NCBI GenBank assembly: GCA_963663865.1
Contig: OY760686.1
Coordinates: 2,656,001 to 2,720,000, forward strand
Source of the DNA: Spirochaetota bacterium
Lineage (GTDB): Bacteria; Spirochaetota; UBA4802; UBA5550
Length of the DNA stretch: 64,000 nucleotides
Direction: 5' to 3'
Shown here: piece by piece, positions 29,001 through 38,690 of the stretch
Position numbering within the stretch: the first letter of the stretch is position 1
How the letters are laid out: every line of letters starts with the position of its first letter
Notes under the pieces: generated by a model
Told to the model about the DNA's origin: nothing
Database searches by the model: none
What the model saw: the letters and a program-made list of their open reading frames with translations, nothing else
Translations under genes and position numbers: made by a program

Positions 29001-31282
29001 ACCGTCTTGTAGCCGTCGCCTCCCCCTGTAAGGGCGGTGTTCCATGTCACTGTATATGGATATGACGATGCTGTACCGACCGGGTAATCGGACGTGCCGT
29101 CGTTGACAATAAACTCAACACGGTCAATGCCTGTCGAAGCCGAAGCAGAAGCGGATATGTCAACTGTCCCCCTGATAATGGAGGCAGCGGACGGGTTTTG
29201 CAGCGTCACCGAAGGGGCGCTGTTGTCGACCACAATATTCACTGTGTGCGGCGTACTGTTTCCCGCGTCGTCGTAAGCGATTACAGTCACGCTGTGGCTG
29301 CCGTCTGCCAGGGCCGTAGTGTCTATGGATGCCGACTCGTATGGAGCAGCCGTGTCCTGACTCGTTAGAGTATCATCCACATAAAACTCGACACGCGAAG
29401 CGCCCGAAGCGTTCGATGTTGCCGTTATCGAACCTGAGACGACCTGGCCTTCTGATGGTCCGGAAACCGAGACTCCGGCCGGGGCCGTATTGTCAACCGT
29501 GACATTGACCGAAGCGGACGACGGAATTCCGAGATAGTCGTACGCGGTCACCGTCACCGTATATGACGCGTCCGCTGCCGCCCGGCTGTCCCAGTTGTAC
29601 TGGAAGCTGCCGTCAGCGTTTTTAGTCGCTCGGTAGTCCGATCCATTAACGTTGACCATGACATAGTCGACTCCGGCCGCGTCAGCCGCGCTGACAAGAA
29701 CAGGCACTACGCCTCCTGCGTCGGCAGCTCCGGAAGGTGAAACAATTGTTACCGGTGACGGGCTGTCATTATCGACGTAGAGGTTCACTTCCCTTTCCGA
29801 AAAATTGCCCGCGCTGTCATAGGCCCTCACCGATACGGCGGTTGAACCAGAGTATCCGATTGTATCCCATGAGTACTCGTATTTACCGGAGACCAGTGCG
29901 CCGTCCGCCAGATAGCTTCCGTCCGCATAGAACTCAACCCTGTCAAGGGACAGGTTGTCAATCACTGATGCTGAAAGAGTCACGGTGCCGCTGACCACCG
30001 CGTTCTCTCTATGCGAGACAAGCACGATGGCTGAGGGAGCGCTGTTATCGACGTTTACACTCACTGAACCCGACTCTCCTCTGAGTCCGGCGCTGTTCCA
30101 GGCAGCCGCCTTCAGAGAGTGTGCGCCGTCGGAAAGGAGGGAGCTGTCGAGATTAAAGCTGAAAGGCTCCGTGCCGTCCTCTGCGAGAGCCGTGCCGTCA
30201 ACAAGCAGGGCTGTCCTTACGGCATTGGCCGCGGTTACGCTGACTGCGGCCGCGCCGCTCAAGGAAGCCCCTGGCGCGGGAGAGGTTATCGCCGCGGCGG
30301 GCATGCCGTTATCCACAAGGACTGACACTGTTGATTCCGAGGAGTTGCCCGCTCCGTCAAGCGCCACAGCGCGGATAGTCCCGGAAGTATAAACTGAGGT
30401 ATCCCATGCCGCGGTATAAGGGGGGGATAGTACTTCAGATATCAGTTCGGTTCCTGAATAAAAGCTGACCGACACAATCCCGCTGCTGTCCGATGCCGAA
30501 GCCGTTATCTGAACCGTTCCAGCCGCGGCGCTTCCGCCGGCGGGCGAGATGATGGAAACGAACGGATTAGTCCTGTCTGACACAAGATTGAGATAGGCCT
30601 GCGAGGTGTTTCCCGCGGCATCATACGCGACGGCCCTGATTCTCACCGGCCCGTCAGCTAACAGGGACGAGTCAATATCCGCCCCAAAAACATAGGGCCC
30701 CGAACCCGACGGGCTTTCAGATGTCGCAAGAAGGCTTGTGCCGCTGTAAAAATCGACCTTTGCGGGCCTCACCGACTCTGTTGAATCGTCATAGGCTGAC
30801 ACGGAAACAGCCAGAGTGCCGGTTGTAATATAATCTCCTTCAGCGGGTGATGTGAACTCAACCGCGGGCGCGATATTGTCAACAAGGAGAGTAACCGTCC
30901 TGGACGATGTCCTCACACCCTGCGCGTTGAACACTGCGGCCTCAAGGGTGATTGAAGAACCGTGCGCAAAGACCGTGCTGTTGCCGGTAAAGAGATTGAA
31001 CTGGTAAGGCGATGATGATGCCGTAAAGTAGAGAGCGCCGTTAACGTAGAACTCCACCCGGGACGCGTTGACATCGTGCTCAACGCCCGTCCTTATTATT
31101 GTATTAATACCAACAGGTGTTCCGTCAGCTACATTTGTTATGTCAATCACCGGGGCATCCGGGTCAACCGGGACGACATCGGTTCCGCCATCGCCGTCCG
31201 ATGAACACGAAGCGATAATCAAGGCCGTCAGGCACGAGGCAATCACGTTTATTATCCGGTAGTTTTTATTGTAAGCTTTCAT
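26003..31282 (-). CDS. Giant surface lipoprotein with tandem bacterial Ig-like domains and a C-terminal beta-propeller-like repeat region
   Basis: Lipobox IASC; many VDNxAP...VEFY...A.AYD.AGN repeats; PKD-like ANAGAD...YLW; C-terminal repeats GxYxS...YYD...LKF. Confidence 0.85.
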   Translation of the reverse strand: MKAYNKNYRIINVIASCLTALIIASCSSDGDGGTDVVPVDPDAPVIDITNVADGTPVGINTIIRTGVEHDVNASRVEFYVNGALYFTASSSPYQFNLFTGNSTVFAHGSSITLEAAVFNAQGVRTSSRTVTLLVDNIAPAVEFTSPAEGDYITTGTLAVSVSAYDDSTESVRPAKVDFYSGTSLLATSESPSGSGPYVFGADIDSSLLADGPVRIRAVAYDAAGNTSQAYLNLVSDRTNPFVSIISPAGGSAAAGTVQITASASDSSGIVSVSFYSGTELISEVLSPPYTAAWDTSVYTSGTIRAVALDGAGNSSESTVSVLVDNGMPAAAITSPAPGASLSGAAAVSVTAANAVRTALLVDGTALAEDGTEPFSFNLDSSLLSDGAHSLKAAAWNSAGLRGESGSVSVNVDNSAPSAIVLVSHRENAVVSGTVTLSASVIDNLSLDRVEFYADGSYLADGALVSGKYEYSWDTIGYSGSTAVSVRAYDSAGNFSEREVNLYVDNDSPSPVTIVSPSGAADAGGVVPVLVSAADAAGVDYVMVNVNGSDYRATKNADGSFQYNWDSRAAADASYTVTVTAYDYLGIPSSASVNVTVDNTAPAGVSVSGPSEGQVVSGSITATSNASGASRVEFYVDDTLTSQDTAAPYESASIDTTALADGSHSVTVIAYDDAGNSTPHTVNIVVDNSAPSVTLQNPSAASIIRGTVDISASASASTGIDRVEFIVNDGTSDYPVGTASSYPYTVTWNTALTGGGDGYKTVTAVAYNRAGGSSNSSAAGVLVDNTAPSPPDSDVTTAEIFIDNNARGTVTLVPTAVDPGAVPSGIQKITWTITGGGPPVIIAKRAIASEAFDTTALTDGAYSIALDSKDNAGNSSTGTTGITSIVVDNTAPVFSTGLSINSGDAYTNNPSVTLTNDVTDTNLYQMSLSGDNSQFSPWEAVNSPYVWNLSGTDFGRNLVDGSKTVYMHVRDKAGNAITVSDSIFLDTNDPTTYINEDTDIYINTASVIDGVSNDNVPSSGYSVTWSAVTVSGGGTANLSSTSVDDPTFNNPGGDGVYELTYSATDNAGNNSTPDVFNVHWDTTPPTANAGADKVFGPNTADRTLNGSATDDTVNDATAAIKSYLWSKDSGPGTVTFSDTAAAAPVFDAADFDGTYVLRLTATDLANNTHSDTVTVMWDSAAPTGSFAINEAYVAATAVTLNFSASDTLSGVTEMRFSETDGGGSWVAYSADAAYPFTLTGGDGTKTVYAEFRDAAGNVLKANDAVELDTGSPTAAISAPADLSVQTKTFNLNGTTSSDAETAIDTYLWEVVAGGTGTGTVNFADAASSSTACSADSNGTYIIRLTVTDMAGNSGSAQITIDWQGTVDPEPGDKGKFASIATYNNGTYDFVYACYYNETNGTLKFAQASDADTFATWDIQTVEDGVDGAGMGQYASLKIVEAGANLYLGISYYDADNGQLKFTYASTLISSGVFNAADLTTNITVADTTTSTNVGMYSSLVMMYSGTIVDAFISYHDEINGNLMLAYAHVGGAFAVRTVDTGGTNDVGEYTAITCVAAGGNYYNYIAYHDATAGSLKFTHQYCTTATFGSWNSETPTHTVVDTGTSLGKYTSIRTYKNVSNESLAYISYYDEGNHKLKFAFTPTVNTWGTWDNVDVDSSADVGQYSSLAMIDDTDAFITYYDVDNTALKYARAQKGAGWDMATWTTSTIDNGGGVSGVVGKYSSIDAMSNLEQYVGYYDETGGQIKFCWTNDAGATDWNYP

Positions 31283-31292
31283 GACTGCCCCC

Positions 31293-34200
31293 TCAATACT
31301 GCTTCACGTCAAAGTAAATGTTCCGCGCCCCGTCCCTGTAATCGTACCACATAAAGAGTCCTGAATAGGGCGGCGATGTCCCGTACACACCGGCTGCCGT
31401 TCCGAGAAGAGCGCTGTCAATAACGGACGGAATCCCGATACAGTAGCCGCTGTAATCGGCAGAGGCCCCTTCATCAGAGTCCCATCCGGGGGTTCCCGAA
31501 GATGAATACCTCTGCGCAAGGTAGCTGTAGCCTATCGTACTGTAGCCGGACCCGTCGGCCCACGATACTATAACGGCTCCGCTCCCCGCGCTCACTATTG
31601 AAAGCGATCCAGCAAAACCAGAAGCGGCCGCGGTTTGCGTGTAGGCTGATGAGCCTCCCGCGGTAAAGCACCTCAGCCTCACTGCCCCGTCCGATCCTGA
31701 GAATGCAGCTGCCGGCCTTCCGTTGCTGTCAACCGCCAGTGCCGAGGCGTAGCCTGAATCTCCGAGAGTCACCGCCGAAGCCCAGGTCACACCCGCCGCC
31801 GTCAGCGACGCGTCCCAGCGCCTGAGAAGCAGGCTCCCGCCGCTCTCATAGAGAAGATACAGCCCGCCGCTGCCGTCAAAGGCGGCGTCAACGAGAGTGG
31901 CTGTTCCCAGGCTGACACCCTCGGAGGCGGAGTTAGTTCCCGCGAGGAAAACTCCCTTCGCGTCAAGACGCTTAGCCCTTATAGTGCCTCCTGAGCTCTG
32001 GTACACGGCAAGGCCCCCGCCGCTGCCGTCAGCGGCAAGCTTCAGGCCGGTCATGGAGTTAGCGTGATTTGTTATGAAAAACTCCGTGCCGGCTGCAGAA
32101 CCGTCACGCAGATTGATGTATCTTCCTCTTATATCGCCTGCTGAGTCTGTCCACGCGAACAGCACCCTCGGCTGTACGATGTAATAATGACGCCCTGATA
32201 CCGTGCTCCCGCTCACAGCAAGCTGTGTCTGGCTGTTGACAGCCTCGACACTCAGCTCATCGTAGCCGGAAGCCCCGTCGCTGCAGTAGACTGTATCCCC
32301 CGCCGAAATACCGGCGTCAACGAACGTGGCCCCGGTGTCATTGAGCAGGCCGGCGCCCCCGGCTGTACACTGCCCGATGTCAAGCAACGGGTGTGTGCTG
32401 TCAAGAACCGCAAGGGTGTCGGTATCGGCAGCCGCGTTCACAATCGGGCGTGAAAGCGAAAGTGACGTTCCGTTGTCATAGCGGACCGCCGCGTATCTGT
32501 TGCGTGTAATATTAAATATGATATCGCCCACTGCGGCCGTATTCACATCGCCGTAATGCACTCCGGTGATAGCGGCCGTATTGACGGGCCCTCCGGCGTC
32601 GCGTTTGCCGAAAGCAGCAACTGAGCCGGCTGGAACGCCGGACACTATCCAGTAGCTGTAGTTATCATTCATAATGTTCGCGGAAAGCCTTACGGCTCCT
32701 GCATTCTGATAAGATGCGATATCTGAGATGTCAAAGCCGGAGCCGTTTCTTTCAGAAAAAACCGTACTGCCGATATAAGCAGCGGTAAAAGATGAATCGT
32801 TGTCATAAAGCGCCATGGCCTTTGACTCTGTCGTAAAAAGGGTTCCGTACGCGCCGACCAGGCCTTCAAGCCTTTTGTAAACGCCGAAGCTCTCACCGTC
32901 ATTAAGCCCGATATCGTGACTTATCAGAACACGGTCATAGGCGGGGAATGTGTCGCAGGCCGTGACGTATGCGTAACCAGTCACGTCTGAAATATTGTAT
33001 ATAATGTCTCCCGGCGAGACATCGGTCGTGTAGGCTGTTGTGTAAACGGCCGTACCCCCCGTATTCTGCGGCGGGATAAGCGTGTGCCCGTCAGCAGCAG
33101 CTGTGAGAACTGGAACAGAATCAAGCAGCACACAGTCCGACGCGTCTCCTATCGTGTCCGCGGCTTCGTAGAAGGTGTATTTTGAAGCATCAGCGTCGAG
33201 CGTTACCGGAGACAGAATCGAAGCTATGTCTACACCGCTTCCATAGCCGGCCGACAGCGAAGATGAGAGAGCCGCGTAGTCCCCTGTGTTAAAACCAGCA
33301 AGTGTGAGAAAGTTCAGCTGGCTGTCAAACACAAGCGCGGCGTCGCCGTATCCCTGCATCTCGGTGACAGCCTGAGCCGTAACCGACGGCCCCGGAAACT
33401 GTTTAACAAGTCTTCCTCTGTAAACATTGTTCTCAAGCCCTGAATGAACCAGGACCGCGGACGGAAGATTGTATCCGGCAGTATGCCCGAAGGTCAGTCC
33501 CGAGGCGGCAGCGCTGTTGACTCCGCTCCATCCCGCGACAGTGGCATTGCCCGGGTTGAAGGACAGCGAACCCGCCGAATCGGCAAGATGCTTGACGTAG
33601 AAACCCGACCCGTCTGAGACAGCCGCAAGCGCCCCCCCGCAGCCGTCCGGAAAGGCCCTCACACCGTCGGATGCCCCGAAGCTGTGCAGAGGCTCACCGC
33701 CCGCGGCCCAGAGTACGCTTCCGGTGTTTTCGAAATACTGCCCGCGCAGCGAGGTCCCGTTCAGCCAGAATGAAAATGTATTTCCAGTAAGCGCTCCCGC
33801 CATGTCGGCAGAGAGTGCTAGGAGTGAGGTCTTGCTGCCTGCAGCTGTGTCGAATGCGCTGTCTCCGCTTATTGCATAGTTCTCCGCGGTCAGGAAGCTG
33901 CCCGTCTCAGTCACTGTTCCCGCGGCACTTGAGCTTATTCTGAAATAATACCTTGAAGCAGGATCTAACGATGTGAGCTCAACGGAATACACCGAAGACA
34001 TTGAACCGCCCGGCCCGGCATAGGCAGTCGAGCCGTAACCCGTGCCCCTTCCGAACTCAACAAGGTTGTTAATGTCTTCTGTGGGATATTGACCTATCCA
34101 GTTTATTACAGCGCTCGAATCAGTCACATCGCTCACCCAGAAGGACAGAATACCGTATGCGCCTGTCGGAGACGGATCCGCTTCGGCCGTAAAGCTCCAG

Positions 34201-34943
34201 CTGTACGCGTCCATTGCGGCGCCTGATTGGTCTGTCAGAGCGGCACTCAGACTTGCAGTATATGTCGTCCCATAGCTGAGCGTATTGACCCGCAGCCTGC
34301 ATGACCTGCTGTCCGTCCAGTATGGGTCTCCATCAGCGACAGATCCGGAAACGGTAAATGACGCGGGACTCAGTGTAGTTTCATCCATATCGCGCGTGAA
34401 GTAGACTTCTATCTCGGAGATGCCGACATCAGCAACAGTCCCATCCCCGGGGAAAACAGCCAGGACCTCAGGCTGCAACTCTGCATCTCCGGCGAGGGTG
34501 ACGAACTCAGACGAAAAAGGCTCCTCAAGGGAATGCCCCTCAAGATCGGTTGCCGCCGCGCTTACGTCAACAGTATATGTGCTGCTGGCCGCAAGCGGAT
34601 TGTCAAAGATTATCCTTGCAGCCCTGCCGGCGCCTGCCGCTATAATGCTGAATTCCGGCACACCGGCCGGCCCGACCGTAACGGCCGCGGAAAGCGTGGA
34701 CTCGTCCACCGGCTTGTTAAAAACAATGACTATCTCGGTATCGGCCGGAACTGCACCGGAAGACGCGTCAGGGTAAACCCTCTGGACCTGAAGAGCCGTG
34801 GTCCCGGTGTCTCCCTCGGGATTGCTTTCCCTGGCCTCCTCGGGAATCACCGTCGGTGCAGTATCTGAACAGGCATAAAGCAAAAAGGCCGCTGCCAGCA
34901 TGATAAAAGCTGAAATATGTCTTGAGTAACTTTTCATCATCAT
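31293..34943 (-). CDS. Large surface lipoprotein with N-terminal SbsA/Big_5-like Ig domains and an FN3-like module
   Basis: Lipobox LYAC; two VYP...I.V.F.K/R.D..TL repeats; SDVTDSSAVINW...LDPASRYYFRI; likely start at one of the ATGs at 34937-34943. Confidence 0.8.
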   Translation of the reverse strand: MMMKSYSRHISAFIMLAAAFLLYACSDTAPTVIPEEARESNPEGDTGTTALQVQRVYPDASSGAVPADTEIVIVFNKPVDESTLSAAVTVGPAGVPEFSIIAAGAGRAARIIFDNPLAASSTYTVDVSAAATDLEGHSLEEPFSSEFVTLAGDAELQPEVLAVFPGDGTVADVGISEIEVYFTRDMDETTLSPASFTVSGSVADGDPYWTDSRSCRLRVNTLSYGTTYTASLSAALTDQSGAAMDAYSWSFTAEADPSPTGAYGILSFWVSDVTDSSAVINWIGQYPTEDINNLVEFGRGTGYGSTAYAGPGGSMSSVYSVELTSLDPASRYYFRISSSAAGTVTETGSFLTAENYAISGDSAFDTAAGSKTSLLALSADMAGALTGNTFSFWLNGTSLRGQYFENTGSVLWAAGGEPLHSFGASDGVRAFPDGCGGALAAVSDGSGFYVKHLADSAGSLSFNPGNATVAGWSGVNSAAASGLTFGHTAGYNLPSAVLVHSGLENNVYRGRLVKQFPGPSVTAQAVTEMQGYGDAALVFDSQLNFLTLAGFNTGDYAALSSSLSAGYGSGVDIASILSPVTLDADASKYTFYEAADTIGDASDCVLLDSVPVLTAAADGHTLIPPQNTGGTAVYTTAYTTDVSPGDIIYNISDVTGYAYVTACDTFPAYDRVLISHDIGLNDGESFGVYKRLEGLVGAYGTLFTTESKAMALYDNDSSFTAAYIGSTVFSERNGSGFDISDIASYQNAGAVRLSANIMNDNYSYWIVSGVPAGSVAAFGKRDAGGPVNTAAITGVHYGDVNTAAVGDIIFNITRNRYAAVRYDNGTSLSLSRPIVNAAADTDTLAVLDSTHPLLDIGQCTAGGAGLLNDTGATFVDAGISAGDTVYCSDGASGYDELSVEAVNSQTQLAVSGSTVSGRHYYIVQPRVLFAWTDSAGDIRGRYINLRDGSAAGTEFFITNHANSMTGLKLAADGSGGGLAVYQSSGGTIRAKRLDAKGVFLAGTNSASEGVSLGTATLVDAAFDGSGGLYLLYESGGSLLLRRWDASLTAAGVTWASAVTLGDSGYASALAVDSNGRPAAAFSGSDGAVRLRCFTAGGSSAYTQTAAASGFAGSLSIVSAGSGAVIVSWADGSGYSTIGYSYLAQRYSSSGTPGWDSDEGASADYSGYCIGIPSVIDSALLGTAAGVYGTSPPYSGLFMWYDYRDGARNIYFDVKQY

Positions 34944-35163
34944 CCCTGTTTTTTTGCCCGCCACCATATGCAACCGAGGCAGGGCACAACCATTAATAAT
35001 AGTAATTCTCCAGCGGCTTGTCAACAAAACAGGCCCGCCGGGGCGGTTTTTTACTCTATTTAAGTAAACAAATAAAAAATTCTTGCCCTTCTGGACACCG
35101 CGTGAAATAGTCCGGACTGTTCAACTTATTGAGCTCCAATACTCCATTTCAGCCGGGATAGCA

Positions 35164-37659
35164 ATGAAACCAGGGATACTTCTGACCGCACTCACCATAA
35201 CATTCTGCCTCTCATCCATAGCTTCGGACGCGGCAGTTACCTCTGTTATAGTAACACCGCCCGCGCCCTCAGTTGTCAAGGGCAATTCCTACTACCTGGC
35301 CGGCGTTCAGTATGATTTCCGGGTACAGGTTACCGACCCGGCCGCCTCCGCGAGAAGCTACTACAGCTATGTTGATCTGTCCATCCCGCTTGACGCTTCA
35401 AACACGCTCGCAGCCAGATGGACTGCGCCGGCCGCGGCAGGCGCAGGCAGCTACTCCATTACCAGCGGCGGAGGCTCGTCCCTCATTGAAGCCGCTTCCG
35501 ACGGGGTAAATGTGAGCGGGACAACAATGCTCAGCCTGCGGTTCAGGATAACCTTCGCGTATGACATCAACGCTCCGGCAGGCATCAGCCAGACTCCCGC
35601 GTCAAGGACGATATCGGCCGCCGCTGTTGACGATGCCGCCTCTTCTCTGACGGGTTCAGCCCTGTCAGTTTACGGTTTTTGCAGTCAGGTTAAACTTGCC
35701 GGTATGGCTCAAAGCGGCGATGCGGCAGACGGCCGCATTAACCCTCATTTCCTTGCAGGTTCTTTCAATGTAACAGGCACGCTCATATACAATATTTCAG
35801 GCGCGGATTCTTCTGATACGGTTCAGGGAACTGTTGGAACAATTTCGCTTTATGAAGACGACGACAACAACTACGCGACAGGCAACACCGCCACGCCCTA
35901 TGCTGACACAGACGGAAACACTTCTGTAAGCATTACTGTACCCTGCACTTACTTTAACGGCAGAGCGCTCAGGCCCTACTACTGGCGCTGCCAGGCCGCC
36001 CTCTCGCCCGGGGGCACATCCATCTGCCGAAACAGCCTTCAGCTGATAAACGACAGGGTAGCTGTCACTTCAATTTCCATAACACAGGGCGGCGGCCGCG
36101 ACAACGGCAGCTATCACTGGCGAAGCATGAGCGTGAGCGGCACTCGCGTCACCGTAAACGCCCAGATGCAGTCTTCGGGCGGCGGAATGACCGGAAACAC
36201 CAACTTCGAAATAAACTATTCGGGCGGAACGTCCTTTACAGTAAGCATTCCCAACGGGCAGACTTCCGCGACCGCTGTCATTCCGGCGGCAAGCCTTCCA
36301 TCTCCCGCTGAAGGTTCTACCTCAAGCTGCGAATACCATGTGACTTCAATCAGAGGCGGAAATCACGGAGACCAGGGCGACGGGACTATAGGAAGCACTA
36401 CGGAAAACACCGGAGACGATCAGGTTGACCCCACGGTAACAGGGGCCGATCCCTTCGGTGCAGCTGCCTATACCAGGCAGGTCATTCACTGGGACAACCT
36501 TCACGGCCCGTCGGTATCAACAGACGATATAACCACATTAACTCTGTCAGCAACATCGGTAGCTTTCACGTGGACACCTGCCCTTGACACTTCAGACACA
36601 TCGCCCCACGGAGATTTTTACGAGTACAGGCTCTACTACCGCGAGGCCGACACACTCGACTCCTTCAAGCAGTGGGACGGAGACAACGACGCCGCGCTCA
36701 GAGGACTTGAGGCGGCCACTACAACCAATGTGCAGAATCTTAAGATATTCACCTCATACGACTTCTACCTCGTAGGCGTAGACATATTCGGAAATGAATC
36801 ACCCGTGACAGACCGCGAAGGCAACACCATACCAACGGCTGATTACAGCACCTTTAAGACAACGCCCTATTCCATACAGGCGGCTGTCACCGACGGGATT
36901 ACCACATACGACAACCAGACCTTCATTACCGGTTCCGAACCCGGCGACTATCAGACGCGCCCTCTCAGGGCCGCCAACATTAAGGTCTCTCTTAATATCG
37001 TCACATCAGGAGACGACCCGGAGACCGTGAGAGTATGGTTCACCAACGACTTTACAGACAATACAGATATGGTTATAACGGGAGCGGCCCAGGTTGAAAA
37101 CGCCGGAGGCTTCATCGAAGGGGCACTTGACTCATCGCTTGCCCAAAAAACTGCGCCTAACACCTGGACAGCATACCTTCCGACAACATCGGCGGCGGTA
37201 CAAAGCGGATCAGGGGTCAGGTTTGTAGTCGAGACCGAAAAGGACGGTGTCCGCGTATTTACCGACACAAACTCGTTCGCCGAAGACCCGGCTGACCCGA
37301 ACAACAATGAATGGTCGTTTTACATTACTACCGAAGCACAGTTCACGCCGTGGCCGACCAGGGTGTTCAACAATGTGCTCACGAGAAGCAGCCCGACCGC
37401 TTATCCGGCATACTACCTCTCCGACGACGCCTATGTCACCATCAGGGTGTACGACATCAAGGGGAGGCCCGTTGTCACGATTCTGGACAAGGCATACCGC
37501 CGCGGCGGGCAGAACATCAAAGACCAGGGATGGAGCGGGACCAACAAGTCCCGACGCAAGCTGGGTATAGGATTATACTACATGCACTTCAAGGCGAAGC
37601 GAGTATCCGACGGAAAGACCATCCTCAACGACATCAAGAAGATCGTCATCCGCAAATAA
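35164..37659 (+). CDS. Secreted FN3-containing protein with a C-terminal FlgD-Ig / T9SS-CTD-like domain
   Basis: Sec signal (ASDA); FN3-like SVAFTWT..YRLYY..NLKIFTSYDFYLVGVDIFGNES; C-terminus VTIRVYDIKGRPV..WSGTN..GLYY..KKIVIRK. Confidence 0.75.
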   Translation: MKPGILLTALTITFCLSSIASDAAVTSVIVTPPAPSVVKGNSYYLAGVQYDFRVQVTDPAASARSYYSYVDLSIPLDASNTLAARWTAPAAAGAGSYSITSGGGSSLIEAASDGVNVSGTTMLSLRFRITFAYDINAPAGISQTPASRTISAAAVDDAASSLTGSALSVYGFCSQVKLAGMAQSGDAADGRINPHFLAGSFNVTGTLIYNISGADSSDTVQGTVGTISLYEDDDNNYATGNTATPYADTDGNTSVSITVPCTYFNGRALRPYYWRCQAALSPGGTSICRNSLQLINDRVAVTSISITQGGGRDNGSYHWRSMSVSGTRVTVNAQMQSSGGGMTGNTNFEINYSGGTSFTVSIPNGQTSATAVIPAASLPSPAEGSTSSCEYHVTSIRGGNHGDQGDGTIGSTTENTGDDQVDPTVTGADPFGAAAYTRQVIHWDNLHGPSVSTDDITTLTLSATSVAFTWTPALDTSDTSPHGDFYEYRLYYREADTLDSFKQWDGDNDAALRGLEAATTTNVQNLKIFTSYDFYLVGVDIFGNESPVTDREGNTIPTADYSTFKTTPYSIQAAVTDGITTYDNQTFITGSEPGDYQTRPLRAANIKVSLNIVTSGDDPETVRVWFTNDFTDNTDMVITGAAQVENAGGFIEGALDSSLAQKTAPNTWTAYLPTTSAAVQSGSGVRFVVETEKDGVRVFTDTNSFAEDPADPNNNEWSFYITTEAQFTPWPTRVFNNVLTRSSPTAYPAYYLSDDAYVTIRVYDIKGRPVVTILDKAYRRGGQNIKDQGWSGTNKSRRKLGIGLYYMHFKAKRVSDGKTILNDIKKIVIRK

Positions 37660-37667
37660 AGCTCTAT

Positions 37668-38690
37668 TCAGAACCAGATAATCTTTATTCCCTCAGAAGG
37701 CCTTATCCTCCCTCTGAGGCTGTTCTGAGCGTACACGTCCATTTCGCCGTCTACAAGAATTCCCGCTACATCGCTCCTGCCCGCGAGAAACTTCCTCGCA
37801 CGCGCCGCCCCCATCACAAAAACCGCCGTTGCCAGAGCGTCGCTTTCAACCGGTTCGCGGCCGATGAGCGTCACCGACGCCAGACCCTCAGCGGGATAAC
37901 CTGTCGCAGGGTTAATAATGTGATGGTATCTCCTGCCCTTCCAGAAAGCAGCCCTCTCGTAATCGCCGCTTGTCACTGCGCATTCCCCGTCATATAAATC
38001 GACTGCCAGCATAATTCTTTTTTTTCGGGGGTGGATGAGGCCGGCCCTCCACGGCTGCCCCCCGCGGCTTCCGATTACCTGCACATCTCCGCCCTCCTCT
38101 ACAAGTCCGGACTCAATACCCCTCATCCGCATTACCTCGACGGCACGTTTTACAGCGTAGCCCTTGGCGATACCGCCGAGCCCTATCCTCATGCCTCTCC
38201 GGGCTAACTGAACCGTTTGCCTCTCACTATCGATAAGTATTTTCCTGTAGTTGACAAGATGAATCCGGCGGGAAATCTCTTCCTGGGCTGGAGGCCTGAA
38301 ATTCGCGGCTTTGAAGTTCCAGAGCCCTGCCAGGCCGGCAAAGCTGATATCAAAGGCCCCGCCGGTCTGACGAGATACTTCAAGTGAGTGGTTTATGAGA
38401 GACAGCGTCTCGCCGCTGACACTGACTGCGGCTCCGGGGGCGGCCGCGTTTATTCTGAAGATATCAGCTCCGGGCCTGTACGGGCTCATGACTGATTCAA
38501 TTCGTGCGATCTCGCTGAAGGCGGCTTCAAAGGCGCTGCTCGCCGCGGCGGGCCGGGCCACGGCCTTCAGGGTCACGATGGTTCCAAGAAGAGGCCGGCT
38601 CACCGTGTACTCCCGAGCGCCGCATGAAAAAAGCGGCATCACCGTGATTAAGGCAGCGGCTTTTAAAAATTGAGTATTAAATCGGACCAT
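37668..38690 (-). CDS. apbE: FAD:protein FMN transferase (ApbE)
   Basis: Lipobox LFSC; LGTIV, GAFDIS, LGGIAKGYAV, TSGDYER, HHIINP.TGYP, DALATA. Confidence 0.93.
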   Translation of the reverse strand: MVRFNTQFLKAAALITVMPLFSCGAREYTVSRPLLGTIVTLKAVARPAAASSAFEAAFSEIARIESVMSPYRPGADIFRINAAAPGAAVSVSGETLSLINHSLEVSRQTGGAFDISFAGLAGLWNFKAANFRPPAQEEISRRIHLVNYRKILIDSERQTVQLARRGMRIGLGGIAKGYAVKRAVEVMRMRGIESGLVEEGGDVQVIGSRGGQPWRAGLIHPRKKRIMLAVDLYDGECAVTSGDYERAAFWKGRRYHHIINPATGYPAEGLASVTLIGREPVESDALATAVFVMGAARARKFLAGRSDVAGILVDGEMDVYAQNSLRGRIRPSEGIKIIWF

